DNA of 64,000 nucleotides, from IMG/VR virus record IMGVR_UViG_3300006037_000008, positions 3,570 to 67,569 of that record; one strand, written 5' to 3'. This document shows positions 57,116 through 64,000 of the stretch, piece after piece; position 1 is the stretch's first letter; each line of letters starts with the position of its first letter. This stretch comes from a virus. The position numbers and the translations under genes were made by a program. The notes under the pieces are model-generated. The model saw only the letters and a list, made by a program, of their open reading frames with translations, ran no database searches and was not told where the DNA came from.

Positions 57116-57540
57116 CAGCCTTCTCCTATTGAAACTTCGTGATAATAAACTTTGCCCTTGCCCTTGCCCTTCGGTTTAGGCTCAACCTCACCCACATCCT
57201 TGTAAACACGGATAGATTTCACAGCTCCTGCTTTGTTGGCCAGTTCGGTTTCAAGCTTGCGAATTTCGGCCAGACCCAAAGGCTCAGTGCCAAACATCCA
57301 ACGGTTACCCACGTCAACCTGAACCCCGTAATAGCCGTTGTTCTCGTGGCCAGCCCAGTAGAGAACCTCCCGCTGGGCAGGGGGATAGCGATCAGTCACG
57401 ACCGAACCGTCCTCGAAAATGATTTCCGAAATCAGGTCAGGCTTGGATTGAGCTAATGCCCAATCCTTCATGTCGTGATGAAGGCCGTCGATAGGGTGTC
57501 CACGGTAGTTTGAATAGCATGGTTTCTTTAGGATACTCAT
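57115..57540 (-). CDS. hypothetical protein
   Basis: GGAG RBS; KGKGKGK tract. Confidence 0.6.
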   Translation of the reverse strand: MSILKKPCYSNYRGHPIDGLHHDMKDWALAQSKPDLISEIIFEDGSVVTDRYPPAQREVLYWAGHENNGYYGVQVDVGNRWMFGTEPLGLAEIRKLETELANKAGAVKSIRVYKDVGEVEPKPKGKGKGKVYYHEVSIGEG

Positions 57541-57692
57541 GAAACACTCCAGATTGCGGTTTTGTACAGTCGCCCGTTTTTGAGCAGGTGAGCATAGTCG
57601 GCCTTGAATGTCTGAATCGCACCACGTTTGGAACTGGCCGAGACATCCACATACTGTCCGAAGGCGACGACGAAGCGAAAGGTCTTAGTCAT
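57537..57692 (-). CDS. 51-aa hypothetical protein (MTKTFRFVVAFG...)
   Basis: GGAGG RBS; stop overlaps the next ATG. Confidence 0.55.
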   Translation of the reverse strand: MTKTFRFVVAFGQYVDVSASSKRGAIQTFKADYAHLLKNGRLYKTAIWSVS

Positions 57693-57771
57693 TGCGCCCT
57701 CCCTCCATAACCCGCCAGATTAGGCAGGGGATCAGGATGGAGAAGGCAAGTAGCATTAGGACTAGGCTCAT
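57685..57771 (-). CDS. 28-aa single-TM micro-protein
   Basis: ATGA overlap; MSLVLMLLAFSILIPCLIWRVMEGGRND. Confidence 0.45.
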   Translation of the reverse strand: MSLVLMLLAFSILIPCLIWRVMEGGRND

Positions 57772-58286
57772 GCAGAGTCCCCTTTGATCAGACCCGCCAA
57801 GACTCGTGCCTTGTCGAATCGAAAAGTGCTATTTGGCCGTGTGGCATGTTGGGCAAGCACGTTATATTTAGAGCCTTTGATACCTAAATGAGGGTCGAGA
57901 ACCATATAGGTATCAGCCCCGTCAACAAATAGGTCACCCTCCTCAATCTTGATGGGGTTGAGTCGAATCTGAACCCAAGCCTGTGAATTTTCGTCAGGGT
58001 CGGTAACTGCCTCCAAATAACTCTTGGGGCAACCAGTAGCATATGGTCCGGAGGAGATTGACATGTCCTTGTAGCCCCATTTGCCGTCCATCTCTTGTAG
58101 TAGGTTGCACCAGATGGTGACGTAGGATTCAAACAAATCGTGTTCGCGAGGATTGATTTGCACCAACTGCCACAATGTGTTGCCACGCAGTGACTGCTTC
58201 AAAACCTTGTGTGGAGCAGAGGCGTAGCTGTCGCCCAACTCATCTACCAGTGCTTGCTTGTTGCTCCAGCCGAATGTCCAGCCCAT
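57768..58286 (-). CDS. DUF6927-like protein
   Basis: MGW start; WGYKDM..SGP...CP..YL motif. Confidence 0.65.
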   Translation of the reverse strand: MGWTFGWSNKQALVDELGDSYASAPHKVLKQSLRGNTLWQLVQINPREHDLFESYVTIWCNLLQEMDGKWGYKDMSISSGPYATGCPKSYLEAVTDPDENSQAWVQIRLNPIKIEEGDLFVDGADTYMVLDPHLGIKGSKYNVLAQHATRPNSTFRFDKARVLAGLIKGDSA

Positions 58287-58347
58287 GATGTATCTCCAAA
58301 AATTTGATTGAGGGACTACCCAAATGGATAGCCCCGAAAGACCCAGC

Positions 58348-58956
58348 TTACTGTTTACACTCCCAAAGCAGATTACGAGCCGTCTCGGACAGATCTTCGT
58401 AAGCATCACGCTCCCAGTACTCGCCCAGCAATTCGGACAAGTACAGCCCCATGAGAAGAGCGGTTTGGGAATATTCCCAAGTAAGTACAGGCTCTTGCCA
58501 CGACTCTACGTCGTAGTAAGGTGTGAAGCCGCTGTGGGGCGTGAGGTTGTCCTTGAAAACGGCCGCCAATTTGTCCTCGTCGATGTTCTTGTAGATCATC
58601 TCGAGTTGGGTTTCGCTGATGTATGCGAAGATCCGATCTGACTCGAAATTGTACTCCCGAGGGGAAGTCAATTTCTCGAAGCTCAGCATTAGACCTGATT
58701 TATGACGAATCCAGTCCACAATCTGGGCAGCCAATCGAGTGTAGTAGACAGGCCAGTTCACTGAGTCTGAGTCGAGACGCTCTGCATCTTCCTCAGCACA
58801 ATCGTTGTCGAACTCAGACTCCCAGACATAATCCCAGATCGAATCGTAGAACCCCATGAAGGGGATTTCGATCACTTTCAGTTTGTGGTGGATGCCTTCG
58901 TTCATAACACTGTGTGGCAAATTCCAGAGGGGTTTTGTTTGGATGAGGTTTGACAT
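58348..58956 (-). CDS. acidic conserved phage protein
   Basis: AGGAG RBS; IPF.GFY.S and SPREYNF..DRIF motifs. Confidence 0.65.
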   Translation of the reverse strand: MSNLIQTKPLWNLPHSVMNEGIHHKLKVIEIPFMGFYDSIWDYVWESEFDNDCAEEDAERLDSDSVNWPVYYTRLAAQIVDWIRHKSGLMLSFEKLTSPREYNFESDRIFAYISETQLEMIYKNIDEDKLAAVFKDNLTPHSGFTPYYDVESWQEPVLTWEYSQTALLMGLYLSELLGEYWERDAYEDLSETARNLLWECKQ

Positions 58957-58960
58957 GGTA

Positions 58961-59152
58961 TTACTCCTGTGTGCCGCATTTTGTGATGGATGAGATTTGA
59001 AGCTCGTTGTTTGAAGTCCAGCCACTCTTAAATAACTCACGAGCTTCGGCCTCAGAATTGGCCTCGATAAAGCTATAGTCTGTACGCCAATCACGCTTAA
59101 ATTGGCCATAGTTGGCTTCACGCCATTGAAAATCAACACGATATTGTTTCAT
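58961..59152 (-). CDS. small hypothetical protein
   Basis: AGGAG RBS; IEANSEAEAR motif. Confidence 0.6.
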   Translation of the reverse strand: MKQYRVDFQWREANYGQFKRDWRTDYSFIEANSEAEARELFKSGWTSNNELQISSITKCGTQE

Positions 59153-59154
59153 GA

Positions 59155-59751
59155 TTAGACTCCTAGGTTCCAAGTGTGTAGGTGAACCAGAACGTCTTCT
59201 CGAAGATCGTCAGTGCGCCAACCCTTTGGAAATTCCAGATACTCTAATTCAGCTGAGTATTCCTGCTCATACTCAGTCCCGTTACCCTCCGAGGTATCAC
59301 GGACGTTCTCGAACAGGGTATCTACCAGACAGAGGTAGTCAGAAAGACGCATAGGGTCGAAAGCCACATTGCGCGGCAAACTTACCAAGGCGATGTTATT
59401 CCGAGGAGTATGAGCCTGAAACTCAATCACCCCTTCAGCCCAACGGAGGTAGTTGGGGAGACAGAACCACCCCCGACTATCTAGGATGACTTGCTGGGGG
59501 TGGTTCTGGATTCGCTCAATCAGAAAATCAAGCAGTTTGATATGGGGGAAGATGTTTGATTCAGCCCGCTCAGGCCAGCGGTTTGAAATAGAAGCAAGCA
59601 TTGAGCAGACTCCTTGGATCGGTACAAGACGGCTGCGGATTGTGTTACAGATGGCAGAATGGCTAGAAGGCGTATTGCCAGCGTCCAGATTGGCACGCAA
59701 GTTGATGAGTTCGGCCAGCAATTTTGCGAGCCCTGTGGTTGGATTGGTCAT
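59155..59751 (-). CDS. hypothetical protein
   Basis: GGAG RBS; 198 aa. Confidence 0.6.
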   Translation of the reverse strand: MTNPTTGLAKLLAELINLRANLDAGNTPSSHSAICNTIRSRLVPIQGVCSMLASISNRWPERAESNIFPHIKLLDFLIERIQNHPQQVILDSRGWFCLPNYLRWAEGVIEFQAHTPRNNIALVSLPRNVAFDPMRLSDYLCLVDTLFENVRDTSEGNGTEYEQEYSAELEYLEFPKGWRTDDLREDVLVHLHTWNLGV

Positions 59752-59755
59752 GGTG

Positions 59756-60076
59756 TTACTCCATATCTTCGGATAGTAGGTTGGTGGGTAGTGGGGCGAT
59801 GAACATCAAATCATCCTCCCACAACTCCATTAAAACGGAAGCACTCGGGGCATGCACAACTCCCCACATGTCTTGGTGGTACACAATGAAACGCGGAAGA
59901 TCGAAATGATATTCCCAGCCCAAGAACCGAAATGCACCTCGGGTCAACAGATTGTAATAACCCAGCGAGCCGTAGTTGTACTGGTTGATGAACCAGAGTT
60001 GGTCGAAACGCTCAACCGGAAGCTTATCCGACTCCCGAGCTTGGCCAGTGAAATTGACCACATATTTGTAAGTCAT
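59756..60076 (-). CDS. hypothetical protein
   Basis: Packed ORF, aromatic-rich. Confidence 0.6.
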   Translation of the reverse strand: MTYKYVVNFTGQARESDKLPVERFDQLWFINQYNYGSLGYYNLLTRGAFRFLGWEYHFDLPRFIVYHQDMWGVVHAPSASVLMELWEDDLMFIAPLPTNLLSEDME

Positions 60077-60079
60077 AAG

Positions 60080-60526
60080 TTAGACCCCGTACTTGGCACG
60101 ATTGATGTATTCGCCAATGAATTCCTCGGCGTTAGTCCATTGACCATAGAAATAGCCTTCCTTAAAACGCCACCCCATAGATTTCATGATTTCGCAAATT
60201 TCCTCGAATTTGAGAAAGCCTAGTCGAGCAGACTCGACTGAAATCTTGGCACGGCGATTACCATTCCTATCGTACTTGAGCCGGATGATCTCGGCATCCG
60301 CAATCGTTTTGTGACAGGGCAGATTAGAGGTCCGATGCAGACAGTTTTCCGAACCGTCCCGAGTGATATATGAGAACTCACCCCCAATGTTAATTCCAAC
60401 GTAGTTGTAGATTCCGCAACAGGTCTGGAAAATGTAGGGTTGGATAGGCGAAGCGGCGGCGATTGCCTCCTCGTGCTTTTTCAGCAGAAGGGCGTAGGAT
60501 GGCGAAAAGGGGCGCAATTGGGTCAT
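60080..60526 (-). CDS. hypothetical protein
   Basis: AGGA RBS; 148 aa. Confidence 0.6.
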   Translation of the reverse strand: MTQLRPFSPSYALLLKKHEEAIAAASPIQPYIFQTCCGIYNYVGINIGGEFSYITRDGSENCLHRTSNLPCHKTIADAEIIRLKYDRNGNRRAKISVESARLGFLKFEEICEIMKSMGWRFKEGYFYGQWTNAEEFIGEYINRAKYGV

Positions 60527-60537
60527 GATTAAGATTC

Positions 60538-60894
60538 CTAAAGGGTTGAGGAGGGAGGTTGAATTTCGAGTCGAAGCGAGGTATCAGACTCCTCGGACTC
60601 GGACTCGGACTCGGACTCGGACTCATAGTCGATACAAGCCAGAAGACAGCTATCGTCTGATCGTCCAAAACCAATGCTGGCCAATTGCCAGACCATTGGT
60701 GCGGGATCGTGACCGCCCGATTCAAAGAAGTACTCGAACTGCTCGTACTCAATAAATTGTGGAGCAGCTTGGGTAAACAACTTGTCCTCGAGAGTTTGTA
60801 TAGTCTCGAGGGTAAGACCAAGGAGGGTTCCGACCAGCAGGAGCTGGCGGTTTTGAGGGCGGTAGAGCGAGAGTGAATACATAGAGAAGTCCAA
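60538..60894 (-). CDS. acidic hypothetical protein with (ES)n tract
   Basis: The GGACTC hexamer tandem at ~60595-60624 encodes ESESESESESEES. Confidence 0.5.
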   Translation of the reverse strand: MDFSMYSLSLYRPQNRQLLLVGTLLGLTLETIQTLEDKLFTQAAPQFIEYEQFEYFFESGGHDPAPMVWQLASIGFGRSDDSCLLACIDYESESESESESEESDTSLRLEIQPPSSTL

Positions 60895-60932
60895 GAGTCC
60901 AAAGGTTCGAGAGAAAGAGGAAGAAACCCTTT

Positions 60933-61352
60933 TTAGGGAAACAGATTAAGATCAGTCAAGACCTGCAACTGAGTCGAGTTAAGACTCCTATGTCCGTAAA
61001 CTTGGATGTGACAAGTTCCAGCGATCTCGAATTGGTCAGCCCGACCCAAATGGGGTCGAACCTCGAAATCGGGACTTGGGTAGATACTCTGCACGAGCTC
61101 AAGATAACTCGCATAATTGCATCTCGTCACCACTTGGTGAGAGACCGTCAGTTCGTTTTCTGTGGTCTCGAGGTACCAAATGTGTCCAGCGGAGGGTTTC
61201 GGCTCAAGCCGATACTCCAGCTTGTCCGACCACATCGGGTCGATGATCTCCAACCATTTTGAGTTGGGTTTACGCGCCCAGACTGTATATGCCTCTGGAC
61301 TCTGATTGAACTGCTGGATTAGCTCATGATGTTTGGGGTGTTTGGGGGTCAT
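60933..61352 (-). CDS. hypothetical phage protein
   Basis: GGAG RBS; W..P.W....EYR..P motif. Confidence 0.6.
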   Translation of the reverse strand: MTPKHPKHHELIQQFNQSPEAYTVWARKPNSKWLEIIDPMWSDKLEYRLEPKPSAGHIWYLETTENELTVSHQVVTRCNYASYLELVQSIYPSPDFEVRPHLGRADQFEIAGTCHIQVYGHRSLNSTQLQVLTDLNLFP

Positions 61353-61449
61353 AGATAAAACTCCAAGTCAGAGGTTAAGAAAACAGGAGGGTGTGAACCC
61401 GCCTTCTTGATTATTCAAGAAACTCATAGCGGCGAGCCGAAAGTTAGGG

Positions 61450-61641
61450 TTAATCCAGAAACTCGAACTCATGTGGTTCGAGCGAAGCTACCAAAAAGGT
61501 GGTTGGTTCACTTAATGTTCCAACCACATGTTTGATCACCAGCTTGCGCGGGGCTTTCCCGTGCCGACGGTCGCGGGTGTTTATTGTTTGTTTGATGCGA
61601 TAAGCATCGTCCAATGTCTGAGCAATTGCGATTGGGGTCAT
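61450..61641 (-). CDS. small hypothetical protein
   Basis: GGAG RBS; 63 aa. Confidence 0.55.
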   Translation of the reverse strand: MTPIAIAQTLDDAYRIKQTINTRDRRHGKAPRKLVIKHVVGTLSEPTTFLVASLEPHEFEFLD

Positions 61642-61805
61642 GATGGGTGAAACTCCGTGGGTTAAGGGGAGGTTTTAGCTTATAGCAAAAATATAGCTAT
61701 AAGCTAATAGTTTGGTTCGGATTTGTAAGTGAACCAAAGGGTCATGATCAATGGTCATGTGCCCGACGCTTCGCATCGGGGTCATGGGTGAGACCTAAGT
61801 TGGGG

Positions 61806-62324
61806 TCATGGGTTAGGGGGTCGAAGAGCTTCTCGATAGAGCTCCAAGGTTTCGACCAAGGAGCGTCGGGGTAGGCCAGAAGGCAGCTCCTCCGGATTTA
61901 GGCCGAATAGCAGCGCCCAGTTGGGATCCATCTGATAGAACGGCCATACATGATGTATGTAGATGAATCTTCCGAATTCTGGCTGACTGGCCGTTCTTGG
62001 CAATCTGTACATCTTCGATTTATTATAAAATTGGCAATCCCTCGCCCTTATAATAAATCTATTATTATTAACAGTCAGTGGTTTTAAATACTCCAGAACC
62101 ACTGGATCTATTAATAATTGGAAATCTTTATTATCTACTAAATGTAGATATGTTCGGTTTGGTGTCGGTTCGAAGGCATATGGCCTCAAATCTGCGTATT
62201 TTTCAGCCAATTTGCGTGGATTTTTGCCCAAATGGGCGCAGAAGTCCAACCATGTCGCTTCGTAGAGCGTCCCGTCCGAGATATCGCTTTTCAGGAAGAA
62301 CGCATGGGGTGTTCGGTTTGGCAT
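61806..62324 (-). CDS. hypothetical protein, first gene of the early block
   Basis: GGAG RBS; 172 aa. Confidence 0.55.
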   Translation of the reverse strand: MPNRTPHAFFLKSDISDGTLYEATWLDFCAHLGKNPRKLAEKYADLRPYAFEPTPNRTYLHLVDNKDFQLLIDPVVLEYLKPLTVNNNRFIIRARDCQFYNKSKMYRLPRTASQPEFGRFIYIHHVWPFYQMDPNWALLFGLNPEELPSGLPRRSLVETLELYREALRPPNP

Positions 62325-62739
62325 GGGAAATTGCTCCAGATTGTGTCAGTTTTCGGATTCTGACAGGTGAAAAAGGGTGAAAGTGGGATGAAAATGGGGG
62401 TTGACAACCTAATAGTAAATGTGATATGTGAAATTTGAAAAATAATTTAATTTTGTCGTGAATTGTATAAAATAGGCGTTTTAGAGGCCGAAAAACAGCA
62501 CAATTGGTTAAAAAATGAACTGCTGTATAAATTTTTTATGTACAGGAAAGCACTGTCTTTATTCTTTTTTCTGATAAGAAAGGTGATTGTTAGCGGAAAA
62601 AACGATGAAGAGTGAAAACTAGATCAAATGATTCGAGCTGTGTCAAATAGAGAAAATTGAAAGTGTTGAAAAAAAGGGGTAAAAACCATACTTTTTAGTG
62701 TTTGTCAACGATTTGGGGGTTTCGAGGGGGGTTGACAAC

Positions 62740-62752
62740 TAAGTGATTGATT
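62740..62752 (-). promoter_or_regulatory. IHF consensus site
   Basis: AATCAA-TCAC-TTA matches WATCAANNNNTTR. Confidence 0.5.
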
Positions 62753-63357
62753 CCAGACATGTATTTGGAGCGAAATGTCTGATTGTTCAAAAAACGTACA
62801 AACCAGCTGCTTGGGCTAAATTGCGAGTTTTTTGGTGGTAGCAGATTTGACTCCCTTTTAGTGACCAAAAAGAGCTGGTTTTTGGGGTCAATTTCGGGCT
62901 GATTTGATCAAAAAGTGAGCGGTTTTTTCTGTCATTTCGGCCAATTGGGGTTGGTTTTAGATTGACCAAATTAGCGTACAAAATTGGTAGGTATATAGTC
63001 ATGGATTTCTGAGCCTCTCAACCATAGAGAGGTCTTGGTTGCGGCATTTTGTGGTCGTTTTTGACCCTGTAAATGGATTTTGGTGGTTGAGTGCGTAAAT
63101 GTAAGGGTTGAGGGATTCTAATTATGTCTCTGGATGGCTCTGGGAAGCGTTTAGAGCGCTTTTAGAGCTACTTCTGGTACGTTGGTACCAGAAGGGTGTC
63201 GTAGGAGGCTCTCAGAGCGTTTAAATTGCGGTGGCTGGCCGAGGGGTGAATTTGAGGTTCTGGCCAGTGGGGTGTGTTTGGGCATTTGTGTGAGGTCTCG
63301 CGAGAGTTCACGATTGCAGTCCTGTCATTTGGGCAAAAGTGCAAATGAGGGTGCAAA

Positions 63358-63583
63358 TTTTAGTGGTAGCAGGTTAGACTGTTTTACGGTTTATACTTCT
63401 ATATATAGAGTTATTTTTGGCTCAAATTATATTTTTTTATTTTTTTTTCTCTAAAAACACTTGACAAACACTTGTCAAGTGTGGTAGCAAAAAATAATTT
63501 TTTGTTACTTGTATAAGATTTTTTTTACTTACCCTATAGCCCTCTACTAAACTCAAAAACAGTCTAACTTGCTACCACTAAAA
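63358..63583. repeat. 28-bp inverted repeats around an AT-rich core with a central palindrome
   Basis: TTTTAGTGGTAGCAGGTTAGACTGTTTT (63358-63385) vs 63556-63583, 27/28 match; ACACTTGACAA-acac-TTGTCAAGTGT at 63457-63482. Confidence 0.9.
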
Positions 63584-63785
63584 AGAGTAAAAAACTGAAA
63601 TCGAGCCAGCCGTATCTAATTGGTCTCAAGAATGCCCCTAGAATCGCTCTATTTGCGTCCTAACGCTCCTAAACTACCCTAACTGGCACAACCCTACCTG
63701 AAGGCTCTCAAACAGGCTTAAAACGCTTCCTACGAGCTTCTAGCGCTATGGCACTTTTGGGTTGTCAGAACGTCACTTTTGGCAT

Positions 63786-63889
63786 TTATTATAAACTTTG
63801 ACCGCTCACATTATAATGGTCACCAGAATTTATTATAGTGGTGGTCGGGATTTATTATATTAGCAGTCAGAATTTATTATATAGTGGTG
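63786..63889. repeat. short AT-rich direct repeats
   Basis: TTTATTATA x4; CAGAATTTATTATA(TA)GTGGTG x2. Confidence 0.75.
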
Positions 63890-63945
63890 AGGGCGTTATT
63901 AACTTTCATTAACTGGTATTAACTAGATTTCCCTGACTCTATAGA

Positions 63946-63958
63946 AATCAATGACTTA
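63946..63958 (+). promoter_or_regulatory. IHF consensus site
   Basis: AATCAA-TGAC-TTA matches WATCAANNNNTTR. Confidence 0.5.
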
Positions 63959-64000
63959 CGAATTACCTGCACTTTTGGGGTTGGGTGGAGGTGTCCTCAG

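Noticed and set aside
62787-63454. Short ORFs 62787-63002, 63168-63356 and 63182-63454
   Set aside because: No convincing RBS, and they lie in skewed, repeat-rich sequence
63358-63583. MITE or IS remnant
   Set aside because: No target-site duplication and no transposase; the symmetry extends both inside and outside the repeats
1-64000. Window as a complete circular genome, or use of an alternative genetic code
   Set aside because: Joining the ends stops the gene starting at 52 after about 30 codons, so the genome probably continues; all core genes are intact in the standard code

Overview
The window covers most of the genome of a tailed dsDNA phage with a lambda-like, long non-contractile tail gene set. 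No integrase or repressor is visible, so it is probably lytic. The N-terminus of the tailspike suggests a Moraxellaceae-like gammaproteobacterial host (inference). Layout: non-coding palindrome and repeat region (53-1280); minus-strand primase-helicase; plus-strand head and tail operon (4.4-28.1 kb) starting with a gpA-type terminase that carries a class 3 mini-intein; inverted nrdAB; lysis genes and an SGNH tailspike; a long minus-strand block for nucleotide metabolism, recombination and replication (thyX, MazG-like, GroES-like, SbcCD-like, resolvase, family A polymerase, 5'-3' exonuclease, SF2 helicase); about 25 small early genes; and a second, highly symmetric non-coding region (62.3-64 kb). 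The most notable unexplained elements are the Ala-start WCT intein inside the terminase P-loop, with a possible redox Cys pair; a promoter-driven structured small RNA antisense to the replication block (47456-47531); a C4/CI-like switch RNA in the rha leader; and concentric inverted repeats centred near 63470. All functional calls come from motif recognition by eye. No database searches were run.
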